A stretch of 64,000 nt of DNA, from positions 1,906 through 65,905 of the forward strand of contig CAJTUT010000004.1 of NCBI GenBank assembly GCA_910579455.1. The letters run 5' to 3'. The position numbers and the translations under genes are program-made. Below are positions 21,511 through 31,170 of this stretch, piece by piece. The stretch's first letter is position 1, and each line of letters starts with the position of its first letter. Source of the stretch: an uncultured Bacilli bacterium (lineage in GTDB: Bacteria > Bacillota_I > Bacilli_A > RF39 > UBA660). A model generated the notes under the pieces. That model was not told where the DNA came from. It was given only the letters and a program-made list of their open reading frames with translations, and did no database searches.

Positions 21511-21948
21511 ATGAAATGGATAAAAAATAAAAACGAGAGAATGATACTGGTTGTTGTATCTATTATTCTTATAATAGGGACAATTTTGATTATTATATTT
21601 TCTGGAAACAGAAAGGAAAATATAAAGAGTGTAGAGGAAATTATTTCTCAAAATGAGGAGTCTATTATTTTTGTAAATAATAGTGATTCAAAAAAATGCA
21701 AAAATTGCCAAAAGATAAAGAGGTATTTAGATAAGAATAAAATGACATATGTGTTATACGATGTAAGGAAGCATACAAATGATGAATATATAGAGATGTT
21801 ACAATCCTTATCAATTAATCCTAATAGTTTTCATTATCCCGCAATTATTTATGTGAAAAATGGAAAAGCATATGCTGATTTAATTAATATAAAAGATCCA
21901 GATAAGATAGAAAAATTTATAAAAAAATATGATATAAAGAGTAAATAG
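21511..21948 (+). CDS. membrane-anchored thioredoxin-fold CxxC protein (PedC/BrcD-like)
   Basis: N-terminal TM helix (MILVVVSIILIIGTILIIIF), then IIFVNNSDSKKCKNCQKIKRYL...YPAIIYVKNGK. The start is taken at the ATG at 21511. Confidence 0.7.
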   Translation: MKWIKNKNERMILVVVSIILIIGTILIIIFSGNRKENIKSVEEIISQNEESIIFVNNSDSKKCKNCQKIKRYLDKNKMTYVLYDVRKHTNDEYIEMLQSLSINPNSFHYPAIIYVKNGKAYADLINIKDPDKIEKFIKKYDIKSK

Positions 21949-21997
21949 TACATAAGTACTATTTTAACAAGATATTTTAGTGATGGAGTGAATATAT

Positions 21998-24900
21998 ATG
22001 AATAAATTATTATCTAAAAAAAGAACAATGATGATGTTAATACTATTATTAGTAGCTGTAGTAGGGGTGAGTTATGCATGGTTACAGGTAACTTTGTATA
22101 GCAATTCTACTAGTACTGTACAAGTAGGAACTCTAAATTTAAAATTGGGTGAAACTAAAGAGGGAATCCAGTTGAAAAATGCCATTCCAATATCAGACGA
22201 AAAAGGATTAAAAACAGAGGAATATACTTTTACATTAACAAACACTGGAGATATCACAAGTGAATATACCGTTTATTTGGATGATGTGGAGTTAGCAGAA
22301 GATCAAGTGAGATTGTCAGACGATACAGTGAAATATAGTCTAGTAAAAAATGATGAAGTTAGACCCCCTGCTTTAGTTTCTACTTTAGGCAAAAATGCTA
22401 ATAGAATATTAGATAGTGGAAAGTTAGATCCAGGAGCTATCAATACTTATACATTAAAGGTTTGGATTGATTATGATGCTGATAACTCCATCATGGGAAA
22501 GGTCTTCTCTACAAAAATAAGAGTAGAGGCAACACAAGAAAATATAACTTCTGACAGTTCAGAAAAAATAGAATTAGATATAAATAGCGGACCACAAAGA
22601 ATAGATTTAAAAGGAGAAGAAGCTAGTAAATTTATTTTTGATAGTAGTGATAAAGAAATTATAGAAGTAGATGAAAATGGAATGCTTACTCAAAAAGGTC
22701 CAGGACAGGCAATTGTTGTAGTTACCAATAAGGAAACCAGTGAAACTAGAAAAATTACTGTTTCTGTAACAAAAACTTTAACTATTACTTATTACAAAGA
22801 TGCGGGGATATCATTTATAGAAAAGGAGACCGATACTTGTAAATTGGAAGCAAAAGGACAAACTAGTTGTCAAGTAATTCTACCAAAAACAACAGTAAGT
22901 GATGGGTATACATTAATAGGTTGGAATACAAGTGCTTCTGCCACTAACGGAAAAGAAGAATTGGAAAAAATAGAAATTAGCGAGGATACTGCATATTATG
23001 CAATTAGTTCTAAAAATTCTGTGAAGTTTATTGCTAATTTTGATGAAAATGGAGTCGGAGTTAGCTCTATTAAACAGTCTAGGATAAGCTGTAAGACAAA
23101 ACCAAATCAAGAAGAAAAATGTGAAATTATTCTTCCTAAATTTTCTGTAAAAGAAGGCTATGAAGGACTTGGATGGAGTACGGATAAAGATGCAACGGAA
23201 GGTATTGCACCAGGTCAAGCGGTGTCATTAACAGAGGATACAACTTTCTATGCAATTACTAAGAAAAAGGCAGTTACATTTGAAGCGATTTTCTATAAAA
23301 ATGGTGCTTCTACTCAAACAAATGAAATAGGAGAACCAGTAGAGAGTAATACAGTAACTAGGAGTTGTACTACAGAAGAGATTTATAACAATAAAGAAGA
23401 AAGCAAAAATACACCTACCTGTGAGATTGTATCTCCTACTATAGAAGGTAGTAGTAATACGCCAACTGTATTGGGTTATGCGACAAATAAAGAGGCTACA
23501 GAAGCTACATTGGGAACCAATCAAACTATTCAATTATCAAAAGATATCAAATATTATGCAGTGACTAGAAAAGATCCTATGACTAGAACAGCAACATTTA
23601 TTAAAAATGGTACAGGTGTAGAAACGATTGGCGGACAATCAGGTAGTATTACTCAGGAATGTGAAATAAAGGCTAGCTATAATGGAAAAAAACAAGAGAC
23701 ATCTTGTAATGTGATAGCACCAAGTATTGAAGTGAAAGAGGGATACTCAAAAGTAGGCTGGAATATCAACCCTAATGCTGAAATCGGGTTTGATAATATT
23801 ACATTGGAAAAGGATGAAACTTTATATTCGATAAGCAAGAAAAACGCAGTTACTTTGACCGCAAAATTTCATAAAAATGGTGCTGCTGCACAGGATGGGT
23901 CAACCGATGAAATTTATGAAAAAACCTGTGAATTACCAGAAGTATATAATGATCAAATACAAAATACTTCATGTAAAATAAAATTACCAGTAATAACAGC
24001 TAGTCCTAATACCCCAACTATAGTGGGATATGTACAAACAGCAACAGCGATTGTACCAATTGCTGGAGATGAGGTGACAATAACTGGTACTGAAGATTAT
24101 TACGCTATTACCAAAAAAGAGGCAGAAGACGTAAATGTTACTTATCAATTAAATGGAGCTAGATATGCAACCTTGGCTGGTAAAAGATATACGAAAAATT
24201 TTACGGTATTAGTATGCCGTAAACCTGAAACATGGAATGGAGCAAAACAGGAAGATTGTCAATTTGTGCTCCCAACAATAAAGGGAAGTACAAATACTCC
24301 AACAATCCTTGGATGGAGTACTGCTTTTGATAATCATGAGGCACTATATCAATCTGGACAGGAACAGGCAACAATATCTAGTAGTACAGTTCTATATACA
24401 CAAACGGTAAGAAATGCAGTTACATATAGAGTAAAGAGCTATAAAGCAGGAAAGAACGTTTCTTCAATTCAGGCAACTAATGCAAAAAAAAGTTGTACAA
24501 TAGATGCTACATATAATGGCGAAAAGCAAGAAACAGAATGTACAATAGGAGGAAAAGATTTACCAACCATTATAGCAAAAGAAGGATATGAAGCAGCAGG
24601 ATGGACGAGTATAGATGCTGATTCTTTGGATGGTAGTTCAACTCTTACTTTAAATAAAACAAATACCAATAAAACGTGGTATGCTTACGCCTTAGGACAT
24701 ACTTTCACAGTAGAATATTATAGCGATGGTAAAAAAGATAGTGAGGAACAGCTTTCTATATCTGATAATATTATGCTAAAAACTATTGAGAAAAAAGGAT
24801 ATACTTTAAAAGGATGGGATACCTCTTCCGCAGCTACTACAGTGGTATATAAGGCAGGAGAGGCAATTTCTGGATTAATTCCACAGAAAGGACAAGTAAT

Positions 24901-27900
24901 TAAATTATATGCAGTATGGGAGGATAAAAATGCTCCAGTATGTAGTTTTGGACATGTGTCAGTGACTACTACCGGAAATACCACTGAAATGAAGTTAACC
25001 TGTACAGATTATGGTAGCGGATTAAGAGAACAATGGTTAACTAAGGATTCCTTTATTCTATCAGATTCTACTTATGGAGAAATTGTTTCTGTAGGAAATC
25101 CTGTTGCAACCGAGAATGGCTATGAATACCTCCTTACATTAAAAGGTCTAAGTAGTAGTACAGAGGGAAGCGCAACAGAAAATGTTCCTGGTCGATTTAA
25201 TATTAAATTAAAAGAAAACAGTATAACAGATGAGTTGGGAAATGCCAATGAGAGTGTAACTAGTGATCATGTTGAGGTTTATGGACATCGTCATACGGCA
25301 ACCTTTACTAAAGATAATAATACTGTAGAATCCATCGGATCTACCAGTAGTAGTTGCATTACAAAGGGTACTAGTTTAACTTGTGAAGTTACAACGCCTA
25401 CTATTACAGCAAAGTCAGACTATGAAGTAATAGGTTGGAATTCCGATTCTAATGCAACAGAAGGAATTGAGCAAAACAGTAAGGTAACCCTATCTAAGGA
25501 TATTACATATTATACGATTATGGGGTATCGTGGTAGAAAAATAAGAGCCACTTTCCATTTAAATGGAGCAAAACTATTAGACGATCAAGACGGGGATATT
25601 ACAAAGGAATGTAGAATTAGTGCAAGCCAATCTTCTGATGCGGAGGCATCTTGTGATATAATAGTTCCAATTATAAGTGCAAGCGAGAATACTCCAAGAG
25701 TTTTAGGTTTTGCTACTACAGCTAATGAAACAAATGAAGCAAACATGATTAATCAGGCAAACCAAAAAGTTGTAATTCATATTACAAATGACATCGATTA
25801 CTATGCTATTACCAGAAAGGATGCCATTACCTATCATGCGGAGTTTATTCGAAACGGTATAGGGGTTACAAGTATTGGAAAAAATCAAGATCAATGTACA
25901 ATAGATGCAGCTTATAATGGAAATTTACAGAATACCTCATGTCAAATTAATGAACCAAATATAGAAATGAAATCAGGATATACCAAAATTGGGTGGAACA
26001 CGGAGGATGATGCAAAAACATCCCTTGTAAGTAATGGAAAGCTAGAAATCACAACTGATAATATGAGGTATTTCTCAATTAGTAAGAAAGATAAAGTTAC
26101 TTTAACAGCAAGTTTTTATAAAAATGGATCTTCTTCTGTAGAAGGAATTCAAGACGGGGAAGATAAGGTAGATAGAACTTGTGAATTAAAAGAAGTATAT
26201 AATAATGAAGCACAAGAAACTCAGTGTACAATATCTACTCCAAATATTGTGGCTAGCAGTAATACTCCAAAGGTATTGGGATATCATACAGATAAAGATG
26301 CAATCACTGGAATATTACAGCCAAATATAGAACTTGCACTTACTAATAATATAAAATACTATGCAATTACTACAAATGAACCAAAAAGAATTCAAATTAC
26401 TTTTCATAGAAATAACGCCACATCCTTAGATCATTCATCAGAAGATACAATAGATAAAATATGTAATATTCCTCAAACATATAATGGAGTAAAGCAAGAT
26501 GTTAATTGTGATATTACTTCTCCCACAATTGAAGCAAGTGAAAATACACCAGATGTAATTGGTTATTCTACCGCTTCAGATAAACACGATATGGAATGGG
26601 AAGCAGGAACAACGAAAAAAGTTAGTGAAAGTGCAAATTATTATGCCCAAACGAAAAAAGATGAAATAACTTACCGAATAGGAGCGTTTGCAGTCGGAAA
26701 AAATGTATCTAGTATTTCATCAACAGAGGGAATGAATTGTAAAATAGCTACCACATATAATGGAAAATCTCAGCCAAACAGTTGTACAATAGAGACATCT
26801 AATTTACCTACCATAACGCCAAAAGTGGGGTATACTTCAATAGGATGGACAAGAAGTAGTACAAATACAGAAAATTCATCATCGGCAATTACCCTAACAG
26901 AAGACGTTGATACATATTATGCCCATGCAATATCGAATAGTTATACGATTAAATATTATGATCAAGATACTGAAGTAGGATTTACTGGTGTTAAGGTAGA
27001 TGAAGAAATAGATTTAAGTACTGCAAATGAGTTGGGAATTAAAAAAGAAGGATATAACTTTAAAGGTTGGTCTACTTCTTTAGGAGATTCTACAATCGCT
27101 TATCAAGATGGTGAAACAGTAAGTAATTTGGCTACAGAAGAGGGAACTATTGTAAATTTATATGCAGTATGGCAAGATGATATTGCACCTGTTTGTCATT
27201 TTGAAAATGAAGGAGCAATAACAACCGGTACCACCAAGGAATTAATATTAACATGTACTGACCAAGGTAGTGGTTTATCTTCTCAAAATCTTACAGTAGA
27301 TAATTTTCAAACTTCTAATGGTTATGGAAGTGTTATGTCAGTATCAGCACCAGAACAGATTAATAATGGATATAAATATATAGTAACAGTAAAAGGTATT
27401 TCTTCTGGAGGGGAAGGACAGACTTTAGGATCATTTACTACTATGTTAAAGGCACAAGCTATAAAAGATAATGCAGATAATAGGAACCAACAAATAGAGA
27501 GTGCTAATATTACTGTAAATGGTATTACCTTTACAGCACATTTCATTAATCAAGGAATTGGTATAACTTCGGGTGATGACTTTGAATCAACAAAATCATG
27601 CACTACAACAGGAAGTGACACCTCCTGTGCAATTGTATTTCCAGATATACATGTACTAGAAAATTATACAGTAGTTGGATGGAACACTAATCAGAATGCA
27701 ACAGTAGCTAGTCACACTAGTGGCTCAAACTCCCTTAATCATGATAATACTGATGAGAACAATACACAAACCTATTATAGTATTACATATAAAAATGCAA
27801 TTACATATAGTGTTGATTGGAATGCTAATGGAGCAGGTTTATCTCAAACAACAAGTACGAGTAGCTGTACTATTGATAAAGTATATAATGAAACAGAAGA

Positions 27901-28405
27901 GACAAAGCAGCCAACTAGTTGTACGGTAACAGCACCAACTATAACCCGTGCTGGTTATGATATTATAGGATACCATACGGATGAAAATGCAACAGAATCA
28001 ATCTTTTCAAGCGGATCAGTTCTAGAATTAGATCATGATGATGGTCCATACTATGCCATTACCAAAAAGGATATTAACATTACATGGACAAAGGATAACG
28101 ATGATACAAAAATTGGTGCTACAAAAAGTAGTTGTTCAATCTATAATAAACAAGAAAAATGTAATGTAAACATTCCCTCTATTGAACATGATACAAGAAT
28201 AATAGAAGGATGGTATGATTTATCGGGAAATAAATTTTCAGATAATCCAGGAGATCAAACTATTACCAAACAGGTAAGTGATTCGGCTACTTATATAGCA
28301 AAAACTAGATTATATAGAGCTGATGAAGTTTCTTATAGTAATGCATCATCCGCTTGTACAAATGCTCAATGTGCAATTGATGAAATTAGTGGAATGTTAA
28401 AATAA
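21998..28405 (+). CDS. giant (2135 aa) secreted repeat protein
   Basis: The N-terminus is TasA/camelysin-like with a SipW-type signal anchor (LLLVAVVGVSYAWLQ...VQVGTLNL...LTNTGDITSEYTVYL). About 20 Listeria-Bacteroides-type (Flg_new-like) modules follow (GY.F.GW...LYAVW). They fall into two divergent super-repeats of about 750 aa, each ending in an Ig-like module. I count about 38 Cys arranged as 19 pairs. Confidence 0.85.
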   Translation: MNKLLSKKRTMMMLILLLVAVVGVSYAWLQVTLYSNSTSTVQVGTLNLKLGETKEGIQLKNAIPISDEKGLKTEEYTFTLTNTGDITSEYTVYLDDVELAEDQVRLSDDTVKYSLVKNDEVRPPALVSTLGKNANRILDSGKLDPGAINTYTLKVWIDYDADNSIMGKVFSTKIRVEATQENITSDSSEKIELDINSGPQRIDLKGEEASKFIFDSSDKEIIEVDENGMLTQKGPGQAIVVVTNKETSETRKITVSVTKTLTITYYKDAGISFIEKETDTCKLEAKGQTSCQVILPKTTVSDGYTLIGWNTSASATNGKEELEKIEISEDTAYYAISSKNSVKFIANFDENGVGVSSIKQSRISCKTKPNQEEKCEIILPKFSVKEGYEGLGWSTDKDATEGIAPGQAVSLTEDTTFYAITKKKAVTFEAIFYKNGASTQTNEIGEPVESNTVTRSCTTEEIYNNKEESKNTPTCEIVSPTIEGSSNTPTVLGYATNKEATEATLGTNQTIQLSKDIKYYAVTRKDPMTRTATFIKNGTGVETIGGQSGSITQECEIKASYNGKKQETSCNVIAPSIEVKEGYSKVGWNINPNAEIGFDNITLEKDETLYSISKKNAVTLTAKFHKNGAAAQDGSTDEIYEKTCELPEVYNDQIQNTSCKIKLPVITASPNTPTIVGYVQTATAIVPIAGDEVTITGTEDYYAITKKEAEDVNVTYQLNGARYATLAGKRYTKNFTVLVCRKPETWNGAKQEDCQFVLPTIKGSTNTPTILGWSTAFDNHEALYQSGQEQATISSSTVLYTQTVRNAVTYRVKSYKAGKNVSSIQATNAKKSCTIDATYNGEKQETECTIGGKDLPTIIAKEGYEAAGWTSIDADSLDGSSTLTLNKTNTNKTWYAYALGHTFTVEYYSDGKKDSEEQLSISDNIMLKTIEKKGYTLKGWDTSSAATTVVYKAGEAISGLIPQKGQVIKLYAVWEDKNAPVCSFGHVSVTTTGNTTEMKLTCTDYGSGLREQWLTKDSFILSDSTYGEIVSVGNPVATENGYEYLLTLKGLSSSTEGSATENVPGRFNIKLKENSITDELGNANESVTSDHVEVYGHRHTATFTKDNNTVESIGSTSSSCITKGTSLTCEVTTPTITAKSDYEVIGWNSDSNATEGIEQNSKVTLSKDITYYTIMGYRGRKIRATFHLNGAKLLDDQDGDITKECRISASQSSDAEASCDIIVPIISASENTPRVLGFATTANETNEANMINQANQKVVIHITNDIDYYAITRKDAITYHAEFIRNGIGVTSIGKNQDQCTIDAAYNGNLQNTSCQINEPNIEMKSGYTKIGWNTEDDAKTSLVSNGKLEITTDNMRYFSISKKDKVTLTASFYKNGSSSVEGIQDGEDKVDRTCELKEVYNNEAQETQCTISTPNIVASSNTPKVLGYHTDKDAITGILQPNIELALTNNIKYYAITTNEPKRIQITFHRNNATSLDHSSEDTIDKICNIPQTYNGVKQDVNCDITSPTIEASENTPDVIGYSTASDKHDMEWEAGTTKKVSESANYYAQTKKDEITYRIGAFAVGKNVSSISSTEGMNCKIATTYNGKSQPNSCTIETSNLPTITPKVGYTSIGWTRSSTNTENSSSAITLTEDVDTYYAHAISNSYTIKYYDQDTEVGFTGVKVDEEIDLSTANELGIKKEGYNFKGWSTSLGDSTIAYQDGETVSNLATEEGTIVNLYAVWQDDIAPVCHFENEGAITTGTTKELILTCTDQGSGLSSQNLTVDNFQTSNGYGSVMSVSAPEQINNGYKYIVTVKGISSGGEGQTLGSFTTMLKAQAIKDNADNRNQQIESANITVNGITFTAHFINQGIGITSGDDFESTKSCTTTGSDTSCAIVFPDIHVLENYTVVGWNTNQNATVASHTSGSNSLNHDNTDENNTQTYYSITYKNAITYSVDWNANGAGLSQTTSTSSCTIDKVYNETEETKQPTSCTVTAPTITRAGYDIIGYHTDENATESIFSSGSVLELDHDDGPYYAITKKDINITWTKDNDDTKIGATKSSCSIYNKQEKCNVNIPSIEHDTRIIEGWYDLSGNKFSDNPGDQTITKQVSDSATYIAKTRLYRADEVSYSNASSACTNAQCAIDEISGMLK

Positions 28406-28432
28406 AAAATGCTAGGAAACAGCATTTTTTTT
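28404..28432. terminator. bidirectional terminator between the giant gene and the M23 peptidase gene
   Basis: AAAAAATGCT-7 nt-AGCATTTTTTTT. A-run and T-run flanks allow it to work in both directions. Confidence 0.8.
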
Positions 28433-29021
28433 AGTAAAATTCAAAAGGATTAATAGACTTACTATTATGAGGATAACCTTCCCAAACAGAAAAATGTAGA
28501 TGAATGCCAGTTGCCATACCGGTATTTCCCATAATTCCGATTACTTGTCCTTTTTCTACTTTTTCTCCCGTATGTACTAGTTTTTGTGATAAATGGGCAT
28601 ATAGGACATAATAGTTATTATCTTGTTTTATTACCAGGTAATTTCCATTATCATACTTGTAACTATCTGTAATAACTTCTCCACTATATGCTGAATATAC
28701 ATGTAAATCAGAGGTGGTAACAATATCCACTGCTGGATGATAGGTTTGATAATGATTTGTAATATTGTAATGACAATCAGTAGGCCATCTCCAGGAAGTA
28801 TCTACATAACTAATATATTCAATACTACTGTTATTTTCATAATAAGTATCTATCTCTTTTAAATTGAGGTTAAAATTCATTTTACCATCTTTTGTATCAT
28901 AATGTTTAAAAGGATCAGTAGCACTTTTATGAAATTGGATCATTATGCCAATTGAAACGGAAAAAAGACCTAATAATGTAGTAAGTTTAATTATAATAAA
29001 TCTTCTTTTAATTTTATTCAT
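28431..29021 (-). CDS. M23 family (LytM-like) metallopeptidase, membrane-anchored
   Basis: HPAVDI ... GNTGMATGIHLHFSVW motifs with an N-terminal TM helix. The start is taken at the ATG at 29021, after GAAGGAG. Confidence 0.85.
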   Translation of the reverse strand: MNKIKRRFIIIKLTTLLGLFSVSIGIMIQFHKSATDPFKHYDTKDGKMNFNLNLKEIDTYYENNSSIEYISYVDTSWRWPTDCHYNITNHYQTYHPAVDIVTTSDLHVYSAYSGEVITDSYKYDNGNYLVIKQDNNYYVLYAHLSQKLVHTGEKVEKGQVIGIMGNTGMATGIHLHFSVWEGYPHNSKSINPFEFY

Positions 29022-29544
29022 AATAGATGTCTCCTTCAATAATGGTGTTGATTATTATATAAAATAGAAGTTTGTTTGTAAAGAAAAATTTACTAAAATA
29101 ATATAGTAGTGTTAATAAAAGAATCAAAAGTCATATTTTTCCTGTTTCCAAATACTGTGTTGAGATTCTTTCCTTTAAGAGTGTGTATGTAGTAGAATTA
29201 AGTGACTCTACATCGTTTGAATATTCAAATGAAAGGAAGGAGTACGAAGATTATATGAATTTGATTAATGGATTGAAAGAAGAGTATCACTTACGATTAT
29301 AGTAAAGTAGGAGAATACTTATTAGAAAATGATCTGTATCCATTATTGGGAATTGTAGAGGAGGATTTAACAAAACATAAAATTGAAAACTCAATAAATC
29401 AAATAGTAGTCAATTAAAATGGAAATAGGTATATGCCATCTATTAATCACCTAAAATTGAGGGAGATGGATAGAAGTAACGTCTTTCGCTTCTATTTTTT
29501 TCTGCTTTATGATATACTTAATAAGAAGAAAAGAGGTATGAACA

Positions 29545-31161
29545 ATGGAAACATTTATATTTGGACATAAGAAGCCGGATACTGATTCAGTAATGGCTGC
29601 GATTAGTTTATCGTATTTAGAAAATGCATGTGGAAATCAAACCACTCCTAAATTGTTAGGATCAGTGAATAAAGAGACCAGATATGCGTTAGAACAGTTT
29701 CATTTAGACGAGCCAGATTATTTAAATGATGTAAAACTACAATTAAAGGATATTAAATATCATAAAGATTTTTATTTAAAAGAAACAGATTCTATTTTTG
29801 ATGGCTATCAATATATGTTAGATGAGGGATTAACTGGACTACCTATTGTAAAAGCAAATAATGATTTTATAGGCTTAATTACAATTAAAGATTTGTCAAG
29901 AACAATGGTTTATGAGAATGGAATTTCCCTAGACACATCCTATGACAATATTCTAGATACTATTTCCGGAGAAGAAATCATTAGAGTGAATAAGGAAATA
30001 AAAGGAAAAATTTTGGCTGCCGCTTTTAAAGATGAAACATTCATGGAAAATATCAATTTATCAAATGAGGATATTTTAATAGTGGGAGATAGGCATAGTA
30101 TTATAGAATATGCTATTAAAAGTCAAGTGAAATTATTAATCATTACTGGAGATGGAGAAATCCAGAAATCTCATATAGAATTAGCCAAAGAAAATAAGGT
30201 AAATATCATTAGAACAAAATATGATACCTATCATGTATCGAGGGTAATATCATTATCCAACTATATTAAAACTATGATTAGAAGTTATAATCCCGCTAAA
30301 TTTTTGGATACTGACTATGTAGATGATGTAGTGGATATTAATAATAAATTAAAACATACCAATTATCCAATTGTAGATAAAAATAATAAATGTTTAGGAT
30401 TACTAAAAATAACAGATCTATCAGAAAAAAAACCGAAAAAGGTAATTTTAGTAGATCATAATGAAAAGAAACAAAGTGCAGATGGAATTGATGAGGCAGA
30501 AATTATCGAAATTATCGATCACCATAATTTGGGTAGTATTACTACGAATATGCCAGTGAACTTTAGAAATATGGCAGTGGGTTCTTCTTGTACTATCATT
30601 TATACCTTATATCAAGAAAAAAATATTAAAATTCCTAAAGAGATTGCCGGAGCCATGTTATCAGGAATCGTATCAGACACTTTGATTTTAAAAAGTCCTA
30701 CTGCAACAAAAAAGGATAGAGAGGCAGTGGAGGAATTATCAAAAATTGCCGGAGTTGATTATAAAGAATACGGAATGAATTTATTAAAAGCTGGTACATC
30801 ATTAGAAGGTATGAGTAGAGAAGATGTATTATATAATGATTTTAAATTGTATACAGTAGAAGATAACACCTTTGGTGTTGGTCAATTCTTTACAATGAAC
30901 TTTTCAGATATTGAAAAGGAGTTAGATGAGTATGTACATGTATTAGATGAAGTAAGCGAAGCCAATAATTATGACTTTTTAGCTTTATATGTTACAGATA
31001 TTATAAAAAATGGTTCCTATATACTATATAATACAAAAGCCCAGGATAAAGTAGAGATTATGTATAATAATCATGATGTGTATCAAGGATATTTTATTGA
31101 AGGATGTGTTTCTCGTAAGAAAAATGTAATTCCGTTAATCATGGAAATTTATGAAAACTAA
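29545..31161 (+). CDS. ppaC: family II (DHH) inorganic pyrophosphatase with CBS/DRTGG insert
   Basis: GHKKPDTDS, VDHNE and IIDHHNLG (DHH/DHHA2) motifs. An insert of about 240 aa carries CBS-like repeats. Total length 538 aa. Confidence 0.88.
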   Translation: METFIFGHKKPDTDSVMAAISLSYLENACGNQTTPKLLGSVNKETRYALEQFHLDEPDYLNDVKLQLKDIKYHKDFYLKETDSIFDGYQYMLDEGLTGLPIVKANNDFIGLITIKDLSRTMVYENGISLDTSYDNILDTISGEEIIRVNKEIKGKILAAAFKDETFMENINLSNEDILIVGDRHSIIEYAIKSQVKLLIITGDGEIQKSHIELAKENKVNIIRTKYDTYHVSRVISLSNYIKTMIRSYNPAKFLDTDYVDDVVDINNKLKHTNYPIVDKNNKCLGLLKITDLSEKKPKKVILVDHNEKKQSADGIDEAEIIEIIDHHNLGSITTNMPVNFRNMAVGSSCTIIYTLYQEKNIKIPKEIAGAMLSGIVSDTLILKSPTATKKDREAVEELSKIAGVDYKEYGMNLLKAGTSLEGMSREDVLYNDFKLYTVEDNTFGVGQFFTMNFSDIEKELDEYVHVLDEVSEANNYDFLALYVTDIIKNGSYILYNTKAQDKVEIMYNNHDVYQGYFIEGCVSRKKNVIPLIMEIYEN

Positions 31162-31170
31162 GGAGAGAAT

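Noticed and set aside
22072-27546. Numerous 60-100-aa antisense or alternative-frame ORFs inside the giant gene (for example 22913-23218, 23228-23533 and 24718-24984). Similar ORFs occur inside 7959-9959, tgt, the ABC exporter, efp and the PBP gene.
   Set aside because: The sense strands are purine-rich, so the complement is pyrimidine-rich and naturally poor in stop codons. The translations are low-complexity (F/L/S/I-rich), have no RBS and lie fully inside well-supported genes.
29200-29501. Short ORF fragments (...YLLENDLYPLLGIVEEDLTKHKIENSINQIVVN*) followed by a good terminator hairpin (ATAGAAG...CTTCTAT-T7 at 29470-29501) upstream of ppaC. I considered it as a riboswitch or small gene.
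   Set aside because: There is no start codon or RBS for a complete ORF, and no conserved riboswitch core was recognised. It is most simply a gene remnant that has kept its terminator.
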